A stretch of 64,000 bases of DNA from an uncultured Spirochaetota bacterium (GCA_963820525.1 CAWGAA010000001.1:3139909-3203908); one strand, 5' to 3'. Counted from the stretch's first letter, positions 31,587 to 41,932 are shown. Numbers and translations are program-made. The notes: generated from the sequence alone by a model not told the origin.

Positions 31587-32663
31587 CTATGCGGCCTTTC
31601 CTTTTGTCGCGGGGCAGCGCTCGGGATGCAAGAACCGGTGGCAGAACGTGCAGCTCCTGCAGGGGAGGATCTGGTCTGCTCGCCCTTCGCGGGCCTTGAC
31701 CGCCCACTGGCTGTCCACCAGCAGCTCCCTTCCGACTGCCACGAGGTCCACCATCTTGTTCTCCAGGGCAGTCTCAGCCTGCTCGGGGAAGCGGATGTCT
31801 CCGACGCCCAACACGGGTATGCCCACCACTTTCTTAACAGCCGCCGCGAGGTGGAAGCGGTTGGAGTAGGGGCTTCCCTGCGGGGCGATGGGGGGAGGGT
31901 TTCCGATTCCGCTCGAGACGTGGAGGAGGCGCACTCCATCCTCCTCGAGCATGCGCGCCACCTCGACGCCCTCTTCCAGGGTGAGGCCGCCCTGCTCGCC
32001 GTCCGCAACGCCGAGCCGGCAGTACGCCGTGAGCCCGTCCGCCGAAGAGCGGATCCGGCCCAAGATCTCGCGCAGGAATCGCGCCCGGTTCTCGAGGCTT
32101 CCACCCCAGCGGTCCGCGCGGCGATTGGCCAGGGGCGAGAGAAACTGGCTCACGAGGTAGCCATGGGCCGCATGGACCTCGACCGCGTCGAATCCGGCCT
32201 GCCGCGCCCTTTCGGCGGCCCGGACGAACGCCTGGATGATGCCTTCGATCTCGGGCTCGGAAAGCTCCCGCGCCGATCCCCGCTTGGAGCTGTAAGCGGA
32301 GGGCGCGACGAGGGGAAGCCCAAAGGTATTCTCCTCAGTGGTGTTCCGTCCCGCGTGATGGATCTGGACCGACGCGGCCGCGCCGTTTTTATGGATGATT
32401 TCGGCAAGCGCCGCCATTCCCTGTACGTGCCGGTCTTCAAAGAGGCCGAGCTGCTCGCGAGTGAGTCTTCCCTCGGGAGATACGACGGTTGCCTCCACAA
32501 CAACCATCCCGACGCCGGGATGGGAGGCATAGTGTTCCAGGGTCTCCGGGGTGACCGAGCCGTCGTGGGAAGCCTTTCGGACCACCATGGGCGGCATGAC
32601 CAGACGGTTGGCGAGGCGAAGCGTCCCGATCTGCAGGGGCGTGAAGATGCGAGGATAACTCAC
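31587..32663 (-). CDS. NADH:flavin oxidoreductase (old yellow enzyme family) with C-terminal Cys cluster
   Basis: NRLVMPPM, QIHHAGR, EVHAAHGYLVSQFLSP and WGGSLENRARF motifs; C-terminal CRSCTFC...C. Confidence 0.92.
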   Translation of the reverse strand: MSYPRIFTPLQIGTLRLANRLVMPPMVVRKASHDGSVTPETLEHYASHPGVGMVVVEATVVSPEGRLTREQLGLFEDRHVQGMAALAEIIHKNGAAASVQIHHAGRNTTEENTFGLPLVAPSAYSSKRGSARELSEPEIEGIIQAFVRAAERARQAGFDAVEVHAAHGYLVSQFLSPLANRRADRWGGSLENRARFLREILGRIRSSADGLTAYCRLGVADGEQGGLTLEEGVEVARMLEEDGVRLLHVSSGIGNPPPIAPQGSPYSNRFHLAAAVKKVVGIPVLGVGDIRFPEQAETALENKMVDLVAVGRELLVDSQWAVKAREGRADQILPCRSCTFCHRFLHPERCPATKGKAA

Positions 32664-32685
32664 GTTGGAACCTCCGGGTGCGGGG

Positions 32686-32964
32686 CTAGTCTTTCCTGCC
32701 CGTCAGCTTGATGATGTGATAGCCGAAGCTGGTTGAAACCACGTCGCTCAAGGATCCGGGGGAAAGCCGCTTGCAGGCGCTCTCGAAAGCAGGCACCATC
32801 TTTCCCGGCCCGAACCACCCCAGGTCTCCCCCCCGGGACTTCGAGGGACAGGTTGAGTGCTCATGTGCCAGAGACTCGAAAGACGCGCCCTGCTTGAGCT
32901 TTCTCAAAAGCTCGTCGGCCAATCTTTTATCTTTCACCAGAATGTGGCTTGCTTTCCATTCCAT
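32686..32964 (-). CDS. ppiC: Parvulin-type peptidyl-prolyl isomerase
   Basis: ASHILVK, STCPS, GGDLGWF, MVPAFE and FGYHII motifs. ATG 32964 with GGAGG RBS. Confidence 0.9.
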   Translation of the reverse strand: MEWKASHILVKDKRLADELLRKLKQGASFESLAHEHSTCPSKSRGGDLGWFGPGKMVPAFESACKRLSPGSLSDVVSTSFGYHIIKLTGRKD

Positions 32965-33175
32965 GTCGTTCCTCCGTCGGTCGCTGCGATGATAGGGGAT
33001 TTTGGCGATGTTTGCCAACCGGGCATGACGTCGGCTCAATGCGATAAACTTTCACCCGCGGCGATGCCGCAGCCTCTTTCATGGGTCGACACAAACAGGG
33101 CTCTCCGCCGTCCCTAAACTCTTGACCCCGGGAAGTCGATCATGGTAGTGTAGTTAATCTTAAGATAGAGAGCCT

Positions 33176-33487
33176 ATGATCGACATTGACGATTTCAGTG
33201 CATTCGAAGAAGGCTTTTCCCCAGACAAAGTGTATTGCGCCAACTGCAGCCACTGTAAGCTGATCAAGCTCCCGGTCGGAGCCTGCAGCCAGTACAGCCT
33301 GCGGGTCCGCTGCGATGCGGGAAAGTGGAAGAAGAAGCTGGGAGAGGAAAAGGTGTACAAGTACTTCACCGTCATCCGCAGAACGGTGGAGCAATGCAAT
33401 ACCTACGAGCCCATGGGTGAGGTGGAAGTGTTCCTCAAGGAGCTGAAGAAGAACCTCCCCATAAAGGACGAGATCTACTCTCCGTGA
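33176..33487 (+). CDS. Small Cys-rich hypothetical protein (CxxCxxC)
   Basis: Clean 103-aa ORF with coding-like codon use, coupled to the next gene; CANCSHC plus three further Cys. Confidence 0.75.
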   Translation: MIDIDDFSAFEEGFSPDKVYCANCSHCKLIKLPVGACSQYSLRVRCDAGKWKKKLGEEKVYKYFTVIRRTVEQCNTYEPMGEVEVFLKELKKNLPIKDEIYSP

Positions 33488-33918
33488 TGAACAGATATCC
33501 TTTTCGCCGACTCATCCCGACCCTATTGCCGTTTGTCATTTGCGCATCCGCCGCGTTTCTGAGCGGCTGCGCAACGACCCCTCCAACCGCAAGCTCCGAG
33601 CTGACGCCGGCCGAGTTCTTCCAGAGGGCGCAGGACGCTTCGGAAAACGGGAACTTTCAGCTTGCAATCGACTACTACACGCTCTTCCAGCAGAAGTATC
33701 CCGATGACAAGGCTCACCAGGCATGGGCTTCCTATGAAATCGCGTTCAGCTACCATAAAATGGGAAACAACAAGAAGGCTATTGAGCTGTTCAACCAGCT
33801 GCTGGACGTGTACGCCAAAGGGGATCCGCTCCCCGACGGCCCCCGCATCCTCGCCGAGAAGGTCAAGGCGAGAATAGAAGCAAGCACGACGAAGCAGGCT
33901 CCTCCCCAGGGCTCCTGA
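33487..33918 (+). CDS. TPR lipoprotein (BamD/YfiO-like repeat)
   Basis: Lipobox LSGC; TPR-like FQRAQDA...AIDYY...YPD...ASYEIAFSY. Confidence 0.78.
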   Translation: MNRYPFRRLIPTLLPFVICASAAFLSGCATTPPTASSELTPAEFFQRAQDASENGNFQLAIDYYTLFQQKYPDDKAHQAWASYEIAFSYHKMGNNKKAIELFNQLLDVYAKGDPLPDGPRILAEKVKARIEASTTKQAPPQGS

Positions 33919-34445
33919 TGCGCTATTCTCACTGTCCCGTCTGCGGCAGAGTCATTGCGAGCCGCGCGCGGGACGTGCTCATCTGCGGCGCGTGCGGTTT
34001 TCATTTCTACCTGAACTCCAAACCCTGCGTCGGGGCCGTCATCGTGAAGAAGATTTCAGGCCAAGATCGCATCCTCCTGACTCGCAGGGCGATCGAGCCC
34101 TGGAAGGGTTGGTGGGACCTTCCCGGCGGATTCCTCGGAAACGGTGAGAGCCCCGAAGATGGCTTGAAGCGTGAGCTTGAGGAAGAGCTGGGAGTGGAGG
34201 CCTTCAACCTGCGCCTGCTCTCGGTTCAGATGGGAGAGTATCCACGCGACGACCTCGCCGAGGAGGCGCGCTTCACCCTTACGGTCTATTTCATTTGCGA
34301 TGTTCCCGCGGATGCGGTGTTGACTCCGGCGGACGATGTGAGCGAAGCCCGCTGGTTTCCCCTGGCCGGCCTTCCCGAAGAGGTGGCCTTCGAGGCGAAC
34401 CGGAGAGCAATCCAGGAAGCCAGTGCCCTGATGGGCGCCGGCTGA
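33918..34445 (+). CDS. NUDIX hydrolase with N-terminal zinc ribbon
   Basis: CPVC...CGAC; Nudix box GGFLGNGESPEDGLKRELEEELG. Confidence 0.92.
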   Translation: MRYSHCPVCGRVIASRARDVLICGACGFHFYLNSKPCVGAVIVKKISGQDRILLTRRAIEPWKGWWDLPGGFLGNGESPEDGLKRELEEELGVEAFNLRLLSVQMGEYPRDDLAEEARFTLTVYFICDVPADAVLTPADDVSEARWFPLAGLPEEVAFEANRRAIQEASALMGAG

Positions 34446-34473
34446 GCCGCCGGTTCATCTACGGGCCGCGCGG

Positions 34474-35601
34474 TCACTGCGGCAGGATGATCGTGGTGAT
34501 CTCGATTCCTTTTTCTTTGGCAGCTTGAAAAACCATCTCCGGAGTCACCTTCCCGCGGGGGCGAGGGTGGGGTGGAGCGTCGCCAACCAGGAGGATCAAC
34601 CGCTCGCGCGCCTGCCATTCGTATGAGACGATGCCGGCGTAGAGCGCCTCGTAGACAGCTTCCGGAATGTCCCTGCCGCCGGCTACGCGTACCGAGTCGA
34701 TCTGAGCCTGGAGCTTCTCCAGGCTGTCCGTGAACGGCAGGGCCTTGTTCAGGTACTCGTCGAAGTAGTCTCGATAGAGGAGAAGCCCCACGCGGAACTT
34801 CGTGAAGCGTCCCGCATGCTCCCGCACGAGCGGCACCAGCTCCTTCTTGAGGTGAGGCATGTCATTGGTCATGCTGTCCGTCGTGTCGAGGGCAAGCACC
34901 AGGTCCAGCTCGTCTCCCGTCACCGAGTCCAGAGCCCCGGCGATCTTCTTCGGCAGGTCCTGCTCCCCTTCGGAGAACAGCGCCTGACCGCCGCCCTCCC
35001 TGGCGATGTCGGTGTATTTCCTCACCGTCTCGGGCATGTAATTGGCGGCCGGCAGCCCCTCCAGCGGCTTTTGCGTCACGCGAAGCACGAAGGGGTTGTC
35101 CCGGTAGGCGCCGGTGTAGTCGGCGAAGGGCTTGGCGAAGGATCGGATGTTGAGGAAGGTGCCGTCGAGCACTTGGATCTCCCCTTCGCGGCTCCACGGG
35201 TAGCCGAAGACGACGATGTAGGGAATGAAGATATGGAAGGCTTCACCCAGGGGCGGGTGCGTCTCGGGGGTCGAATCGATGAGCGAATACAGCCCCTTGG
35301 ACGGATCCAGGGGCTTGCCGTTGAGGATCCGTTTCTCCTCGCCGTTTACGGGGTTCTTGTCCGGATCTCGAAGCGCGAAGGAGGCGGATTGCCGGGCGGG
35401 GTCCGCGCTGGACTCGGTGATGAGAACGGAGCCGATCCCGGGGGCTTTCCTGATCCACAGCTGATAGCCGCCCACGATATCCTGCTCGATCTCGATATCG
35501 TCCTTGCCGACGGCGAGCTCAGCCCCTGCCGACGGATCGGCGTGCGCCGGGGCCGGGATGCAGGAGCAGAGCGCCAGGACGAGCGACAACAGGATGCCCA
35601 A
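34474..35601 (-). CDS. Exported protein with C-terminal vWA domain
   Basis: Signal peptide (...APAHA), MIDAS-like DTTDSM, GGRDIPEAVYEAL and VGDAPPH motifs. TTG start with GGAGG RBS. Confidence 0.85.
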   Translation of the reverse strand: MGILLSLVLALCSCIPAPAHADPSAGAELAVGKDDIEIEQDIVGGYQLWIRKAPGIGSVLITESSADPARQSASFALRDPDKNPVNGEEKRILNGKPLDPSKGLYSLIDSTPETHPPLGEAFHIFIPYIVVFGYPWSREGEIQVLDGTFLNIRSFAKPFADYTGAYRDNPFVLRVTQKPLEGLPAANYMPETVRKYTDIAREGGGQALFSEGEQDLPKKIAGALDSVTGDELDLVLALDTTDSMTNDMPHLKKELVPLVREHAGRFTKFRVGLLLYRDYFDEYLNKALPFTDSLEKLQAQIDSVRVAGGRDIPEAVYEALYAGIVSYEWQARERLILLVGDAPPHPRPRGKVTPEMVFQAAKEKGIEITTIILPQ

Positions 35602-35678
35602 TTTTCCTCCGCCGACAATCGGGTCCGCGCATGCCGCGCGCCCTCAGTTACAATCATCGGCGGTTCGGCGGGCGGTGA

Positions 35679-36287
35679 TTATTCGGCGAGGGTGAAAAGC
35701 TTCTCCCGTTCCGCGAGCTCGATCGCGTCGCCGGCGCGTTTGATGATTCCGGCCGTCGCGATCCTCTGGAGAACGGCCTCGACGTTCTCCCGGGGCAGCT
35801 CCAAATCGAGGGAGATGTCGTCGAGGGTCTCCTGGTAGGGCAGGGCAGTCTCGGCGTCGGGCAGGGCCTGGAAGAGGTGATGGAGGTGAAGGGCGATGAG
35901 GCCCATCTCGTCCTTCTTCACCAGGTGCTGGACGTTGAGGTTGGCCATCTGCAGGCGGCGGCACAGTTTGTCGATGATGGAAAGCCCGATGCGCGCGTTC
36001 TTCGTGATCATGTTGACCAGGCCCTCGCGGTCGAACGCGAGCACCTCCACGGCTTCTATCGCGGTGACGGTGGCCGTGCGCTTGATGAGGTTGACGATGG
36101 CCATCTCCCCGAAGAAGTCACCCTTTTGCAGAACGGCGATCACGTGGAGCTTGCCCGCGAAGCTCTTCGACACGCGGACCTTGCCCTTCTGGAGAATATA
36201 CATTTCGCTGCCCTCGTCCCCTTCGCGGAAGATCACGGCGCCGGGGGGGTATGACTTGCTGAATCGAAGGAGAGGCTCGTCGGGCAT
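35679..36287 (-). CDS. Cyclic nucleotide-binding (Crp/Fnr-like) protein
   Basis: VIFREGDEG, GDFFGEMA and RTATV phosphate-binding cassette; helical C-terminus. Confidence 0.88.
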   Translation of the reverse strand: MPDEPLLRFSKSYPPGAVIFREGDEGSEMYILQKGKVRVSKSFAGKLHVIAVLQKGDFFGEMAIVNLIKRTATVTAIEAVEVLAFDREGLVNMITKNARIGLSIIDKLCRRLQMANLNVQHLVKKDEMGLIALHLHHLFQALPDAETALPYQETLDDISLDLELPRENVEAVLQRIATAGIIKRAGDAIELAEREKLFTLAE

Positions 36288-36373
36288 CTGAATCGAATAG
36301 TATGAAAAAAAGCGGGCCTGGTAAAGCGCGGCGGTCGAAATCCCCGTTGTCGTGGGTGGAGGTCGGTAGTCTC

Positions 36374-37399
36374 ATGAGGATTCGCGTTGTTCCCGCGCTG
36401 GCAAGCCTGTCTTTCGTGGCGGCCGTCGGCTGCGGTCCCGTCCAGGACCCGCGCTCGGCATCGCCACAGGATCTGAGTCCCCCGTCCGTGCAGTCCGTTC
36501 GAACCACCGGTCCCAGGGAAATCGAGCTTGTTTTCGACGAAGAAGCCCAGCTTGTGGCGGAAAAGCTCCGCATCCAGCCCGCCCTCGCCGTCGGCGTCAT
36601 GCCGTCGACGGCGTCAACACGCCTCCTCATCCCGGTGGAGGAACAAGCGCCCGGCCGGCAGTATACGCTGGAAGCCACGGCGCGGGACGCTCGCGGGAAC
36701 AGCGTCTCCTTCATCGCGGATATCTACGGCTTCAACCCGAAAGTGCCGCGGATGGTCTTGAACGAGTTCATCCCGCGAGGCTCGGAAACGCACCCCGACC
36801 TCCTGGAGATCAAGGTCCTCGCGGCGGGGAACATGGGAGGAGTCGATCTCTACCAGGGAACGCCGGGGAGCTTCCAGGATCGCCTCATTTTTCCGCCGTT
36901 TTCAGTGCGAGCGGGAGACTTCATTCTCGTTCATTTCAAGCCTTCGGGAGACCCGGCAGAGGTGGACGAGGCGGGAAACAGAACGGCCTCGAAGGGAACC
37001 GACGCCTCTGAGGCGGCGTTCGATTTCTGGATCCCGCGGGGCAAGGGCCTCGGAGGGAACAACGGCGTCATCTCCCTCTATGACAGGCCGGGCGGCGGCA
37101 TCCTCGACGGTGTGCTCTACAGCAACCGCACCTCCGCTTCGGACGATCTGTATCGAGGCTTCGGGTCCGCGGAGGCACTGGCACGGGCGGAGGAGCTTGT
37201 ACGTGATGGGGGGTGGAAAACAGCCGGGCCCGAGGTGGCGCCCGAGGATGCCGTCAATCCGGATGGCTCCACGGCAACGCGTTCGATCTGCCGTTCATCA
37301 GGCTCGATCGACACGGACGGCAGGGCGGACTGGCACGTCGTTCCCACCCGCAAATCCTCTTTTGCGGCCGACAACTCGGATGAAGTATACGCTCCGTGA
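36374..37399 (+). CDS. Lipoprotein with Ig-like and lamin-tail-like domains
   Basis: Lipobox AVGC; Ig-like PSVQSV...LVFDE...ARDARGN; LTD-like MVLNEF...DLLEI. ATG 36374 with GGAGG RBS. Confidence 0.7.
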   Translation: MRIRVVPALASLSFVAAVGCGPVQDPRSASPQDLSPPSVQSVRTTGPREIELVFDEEAQLVAEKLRIQPALAVGVMPSTASTRLLIPVEEQAPGRQYTLEATARDARGNSVSFIADIYGFNPKVPRMVLNEFIPRGSETHPDLLEIKVLAAGNMGGVDLYQGTPGSFQDRLIFPPFSVRAGDFILVHFKPSGDPAEVDEAGNRTASKGTDASEAAFDFWIPRGKGLGGNNGVISLYDRPGGGILDGVLYSNRTSASDDLYRGFGSAEALARAEELVRDGGWKTAGPEVAPEDAVNPDGSTATRSICRSSGSIDTDGRADWHVVPTRKSSFAADNSDEVYAP

Positions 37400-37402
37400 G
37401 AG

Positions 37403-37726
37403 CTACAGGAGGTCCTTGATGATCTTTTCCAGGGCCTGGCGCGGCACCGCTCCTATCTGCTGCTTCACGAGCTGGCCGTTCTTGAAAAAGAGAAGGGTGG
37501 GGATGCTGCTGACATTGAACTGCATGGCGAGGTCCGGCTCCAGGTCCACGTTCACCTTTACGATCTTGATCTTGTCCTGGTAATCCCTGGCAAGATCCTT
37601 GAGAATCGGGGCGATCACACGGCAGGGGCCGCACCACTCCGCCCAGAAATCGGCAAGAACCGGGACAGCGGACTTCATGACCTCAGAATCGAAGTTCCCT
37701 TTGGTGATCGTGACCTCTTGCGTCAT
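37403..37726 (-). CDS. trxA: Thioredoxin
   Basis: WAEWCGPC active site; SIPTL motif. Confidence 0.96.
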   Translation of the reverse strand: MTQEVTITKGNFDSEVMKSAVPVLADFWAEWCGPCRVIAPILKDLARDYQDKIKIVKVNVDLEPDLAMQFNVSSIPTLLFFKNGQLVKQQIGAVPRQALEKIIKDLL

Positions 37727-37787
37727 GCTTTCTTCCTCTCGGAATGGAAATATATATCCATTTATCGCCGGACGACAATCCCCACGG

Positions 37788-38567
37788 TCACTCCCGGTCC
37801 CACTCCTTCTTCCTGCGGAACTCCTTCAGGCGGAAATCCGTGATGATTCCCCACACATACTCCGTCACGTGAGCCAGGATCTGCACGTCCTCCGCCGGCA
37901 TCTCGTTGTAGAGCCTCTTCACCCTCTCCAATACCACGACGAGGTCGTGAAGGAAGAAGGCGGATTCCAGGATATACTCCTTTTCCTCCCTCTCGAGAAG
38001 CGCGTAGTTGCGCGGGAATTTGCGAAGCTGGCCGAGGTAGCGGATAAGGAAAGGGGCGGCCTCGTCCTTCTCCGCCGAGCTCAAGTAGCGAAGCCGCGAG
38101 TCGAGGTTGAGCATCTCAGAGGAGTTCATGGAATAGGCCGTGTCGCGCAGGGCCACGGCGAGCTCGTGCCAGTGCTCCTCCGACAGGGCGTTCAAGGCTC
38201 CCTGGAGCTTTCGCACCTCGAAGCCGGCGTCCTGGTGGAAGCGGGACTCGGGGTATTTCTCGATTCGCTTGCGGTTCTCCTCGATGACCTTGTCCGCGAT
38301 GCCGACCGGCTTCTCTTCCGGCTGTTCTGAATGATCCGAGGAGAGCTTCTCCTCTTCCCTTTGGATCAACTCTTCGATGGCGCTGATCTCGGCGAGCAGA
38401 AAAGAGGAGATATCCACCTTGGCTCTCAGGGCCTTTATGTAGCGGTCCTCGAAGGCCTCGCGGAGCGTTTTGGGCTTGAAGAATTTCTGGATATATTCGT
38501 CGTACTTCTTGCGGATCTTGTCGACGACGCTCTTGATCTCACCGGGAGTCAACTTTCTGGAGGGCAC
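37788..38567 (-). CDS. Hypothetical alpha-helical protein
   Basis: 259-aa ORF with strong coding bias, upstream of and co-oriented with trxA. Confidence 0.8.
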   Translation of the reverse strand: MPSRKLTPGEIKSVVDKIRKKYDEYIQKFFKPKTLREAFEDRYIKALRAKVDISSFLLAEISAIEELIQREEEKLSSDHSEQPEEKPVGIADKVIEENRKRIEKYPESRFHQDAGFEVRKLQGALNALSEEHWHELAVALRDTAYSMNSSEMLNLDSRLRYLSSAEKDEAAPFLIRYLGQLRKFPRNYALLEREEKEYILESAFFLHDLVVVLERVKRLYNEMPAEDVQILAHVTEYVWGIITDFRLKEFRRKKEWDRE

Positions 38568-38830
38568 GTCACCCTTTCTTACTCAAAATGCGCCCTTTGT
38601 CAAGGAAAGGGCGGCCGCGATTCAACGCGGTATGAAGGAAGCCCGCTTCCATGGCTTCCAGCGGTTGGCGGATTTTCCGGGGGGGAGCCATCCGGAAATG
38701 TTCGGCAGAGTCGGGGCGCATAGCCCGGCCATCTTCCTTGATGAATGGAATACTGGCTACGATCTCATGTTTTATGCGGCGAATCGGAGATAGAAGCCTC
38801 CCCTCAGAGGCGCCGGATGGGGTGATCACA

Positions 38831-39286
38831 TCAGATCGGCGGACGGGCAGGGCAGTCTGGCTGCATTCTGAACTGCTCCTCCAGAGCAGTCATCAGGGCA
38901 AGCGCCACATCCTCGCGCCAGTGCCGCGCAGCCACCTGCACACCGACGGGCAAGCCCGCGCTCCCCGATTCGACCGCGCGGGCCGTGCGCTCGGCAGTAT
39001 CCTTGCCAGGAGTGCGGTCGCTTTCTTCGCCGGCGCGGACGCGCGTGGCGGCGACAACCCCGGCAGGCATCGAGGTTGGCGGGCAGATAATGGCATCGAA
39101 CCGGCCTGCATCCAGCGCCGACAGGACCCGGGCACGGTACGAGGTCCGTTCTTCCACCAGCGCCCAATAATCGAGTGCCGTCCGCTTGCCGAGGCTGCGC
39201 ACGATGTTGGAAAGACGGGACTGTCCGGACATCTGCAGAAGGTTTGCCATGAAAGTAATGGGAACCATGATTGTGAATGGATTCAT
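38831..39286 (-). pseudogene. C-terminal remnant of an amidase-signature family enzyme
   Basis: FDAIICPPT and GLPVGVQVAARHWREDVALAL resemble the amidase C-terminus; the catalytic N-terminal region is absent. Confidence 0.7.
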
Positions 39287-39339
39287 TGTGCCTAGCAGCC
39301 GGCGAAAAACGAGATTGTCAGAGAAATCCGAAAGTCCTG

Positions 39340-40008
39340 CGGCTCAATATCTTAGCGGCCTTCCTGCCGGTGTTCTATGACAACTGGTTGATCCTGGCCG
39401 GAATCGGCGGAATTTTCTTCATGGCGGCGTACCTTTTGATCGGTCTCAAGCTGTTCCGGCTTGGACAGGCGGGCTCGCCCAAGAGAGAGGGTTAATAACA
39501 TGGCGCATGAAGCGGCGGCGAAAACCACCGGCTCCCATTTGAACAGTCTCCGCTTGGCCGGCGGAGCGGCCGCCAGAACAATTTTCTCCTCCTGCTCATC
39601 AAACTGCATGCCGGTGTCGTCGGCGTTCAGGCGGGAGCGTTGGACAACGTGGGCTTCTTGGATATCGTCATTGTATCGCTTCTCGGCGTGCTGGTTTTGG
39701 CCCTCTTTCCCTCTCTCAGTAGGGTCAACGAGCTCTGGGCGATCATCGCTAGTATCCTCCCCTTTCTGGGATTGGTTCTTTTCATCATCACAAGCGGGAT
39801 AGGCCGGAGCGGGATCCTGGCTTCGGGCTTGCTCAGCGCGGTACTCATGCGGCAAAGCGATCGATTCTCCAAGGGGATCGCATACTCAGGGATTCTTGCG
39901 ACTGCGCTCCTGCTAATCGGTGACGTGGGTATCGGCTTCTCTCGCTCAGGCATACTTGCCGTCATCATGGGTTGCGGGTACGTGCTTATATGGTTTGGTG
40001 CAGCTTGA
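39340..40008 (+). pseudogene. Fragments of small multi-pass membrane protein genes (DUF4386-like)
   Basis: Hydrophobic C-terminal fragment ending at 39495, then an ATG at 39499 that shifts frame into the hydrophobic ORF 39640..40008. Confidence 0.5.
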
Positions 40009-40244
40009 CCGGCTGGAGGCTGCTCCGGCAGACGCCGAGATGGATCCCATCATGGGGATTCAGGTTCCGAACGCGATCGGGATGCGCGTATCCTCACCGA
40101 ATTCTGACGGAAACGGAGCCGTGAACGGCGGATGCGGACTGTACGCATCGGATGCCCCAACTCCGACGGGGAGTGCCGGTAGTCGTCAATAAGTGAGCCA
40201 ATCCTCGCCGCGGTCTTCCCTTTGCGTCCGCCCGTCCATAGAGT

Positions 40245-41126
40245 ATGCTCCGCTCCATGATCGACCTTGTGATTGTTCCACTTTCGCAGCCCCTCGCGAC
40301 TGCGCTCGCCATCCCATTGGAACCGGGCGCGGAGGCGGCGCTGTACTGGCTCGGTCAGGCGGGGTTCGCTCTTCGCACCCGTGAGAGGCTGCTCCTGATC
40401 GATCCCTACCTCTCCGATTCTCTGGCGAAGAAGAACGTGGGAAAGGAGTTCCCCCACGTTCGGATGATGCCCGCCCCGGTGGCGCCGGGGGACCTTCACA
40501 AGGTCGACGCAGTTCTTTGCACGCACCGGCATTCCGACCACATGGATCCCGGGCCCCTCCCGCCCATTGCGCGTGCCAACCCGGATTGCAGGTTCGTCGT
40601 TCCCCGGGCGGAGCGCTCCTACGCGGTCTCGCTGGGTATCGAAGCACAGAATTTGGTAGGCCTGGATGCGGAGGAACCGCTTTCGCTTTTCACCGGCATT
40701 TCCGTTGAGGCGATCCCCGCTTCTCACGAATCCCTTGCGACAAACGCGCGGGGCGAGCACCTCTTTCTCGGCTACGTCGTGCACCTCGGGGCGGTCACCG
40801 TGTACCACTCGGGAGACTGCATCCCCTACGACGGCCTTGCGCAGGCTCTCCGAACGCGTTCCATCGACATCGCACTGCTTCCCATCAACGGACGGAAGGC
40901 GTACCTGAGCCGGCGCGGTATCGCGGGCAACTTTACCCTTGAGGAGGCCGCATCTCTTTGCCGCTCGGCCGGGATCCCCTTGCTTCTCTGCCATCATTTC
41001 GGGATGTTCGCGTTCAACACGGTGGACAGGGACGAGGTGCAGCGCGCGATTGCTGTATTCGAGGGAAAGCTCAGGTGCATCTTGGCCTCGGTCTGTACCG
41101 GATTTTTCCTTTGGCGCCGTGCCTGA
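40245..41126 (+). CDS. MBL-fold metallo-hydrolase (UlaG/L-ascorbate-6-phosphate lactonase-like)
   Basis: WLGQAGF, IDPYLS, THRHSDHMD, YHSGD and LPING motifs. Confidence 0.88.
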   Translation: MLRSMIDLVIVPLSQPLATALAIPLEPGAEAALYWLGQAGFALRTRERLLLIDPYLSDSLAKKNVGKEFPHVRMMPAPVAPGDLHKVDAVLCTHRHSDHMDPGPLPPIARANPDCRFVVPRAERSYAVSLGIEAQNLVGLDAEEPLSLFTGISVEAIPASHESLATNARGEHLFLGYVVHLGAVTVYHSGDCIPYDGLAQALRTRSIDIALLPINGRKAYLSRRGIAGNFTLEEAASLCRSAGIPLLLCHHFGMFAFNTVDRDEVQRAIAVFEGKLRCILASVCTGFFLWRRA

Positions 41127-41137
41127 GCCGGCGGGGG

Positions 41138-41932
41138 TCAGGGGAGGTTTTCTCCTACTGTGAATACTTCGATGCCGTTCTCCTCAAGGGTCTTCCTGTC
41201 CGTGCCGCTGATCGCTTCGGTGACCACGGTGTCGATGTCGTCCAGCGCCGCGAAGCGGGCGAAGGAGTTGCGGCCGATCTTGCTCGAGTCGAAGAGGAGC
41301 ACCACCTTCGCCGCGATGGACATCATGAGCTTCTTTATTTCTGCATGATTGAGGTCCGGTGTGCTGGCGCCCTTTTCCAGGGAGAAGCTGTTTGCCCCCA
41401 TGAAGGCCTTGTCCACCGTCAGCCGGGCCAGCATCTCCTTGCTCGATACGTCTTGGGACACGGTGCAGTGGAAGCGTTTCCTCACCAGTCCGCCTATGAA
41501 GACGATCTTCACCGACTCGAAATCCTCGAGGAGCAGCCCAATGGCAAGGTCGTTGGTGACAACTGTGATGTCGCGCTTTCGGTCAAGGAGTCGTGCCAAC
41601 TCGAGCACGGTGGTGCCCGCGTCGAGCACCACCGTGTCCCCATCGTCGATCAGGCGAATGGCGACCTCCGCGATCCTGCGTTTGGCCTCCAGGTTCTCGA
41701 TGCCGCGCACGTGCATATCCGTCTCGAGGCCTGTCTTGCTCTTGACCATTGCGCCGCCGTGGGTGCGTACGAGCAGGCCGGCGCCCTCCAGGTCGCGCAG
41801 GTCGTTGCGGATGGTGGCGCTGGATACCTTGAACCGTTCGCAGAGCTCCAGGACCGTGGCCTTGCGATTTTCGGCGATGTGTTCAATAATCTTCTGCTTT
41901 CTCTCCTCCACAAACATCTCACTGCTGTTCAT
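41138..41932 (-). CDS. DeoR/GlpR-family transcriptional regulator
   Basis: VSSATIRNDL HTH, RTHGGA, LDAGTT and DSSKIG motifs. Confidence 0.94.
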   Translation of the reverse strand: MNSSEMFVEERKQKIIEHIAENRKATVLELCERFKVSSATIRNDLRDLEGAGLLVRTHGGAMVKSKTGLETDMHVRGIENLEAKRRIAEVAIRLIDDGDTVVLDAGTTVLELARLLDRKRDITVVTNDLAIGLLLEDFESVKIVFIGGLVRKRFHCTVSQDVSSKEMLARLTVDKAFMGANSFSLEKGASTPDLNHAEIKKLMMSIAAKVVLLFDSSKIGRNSFARFAALDDIDTVVTEAISGTDRKTLEENGIEVFTVGENLP

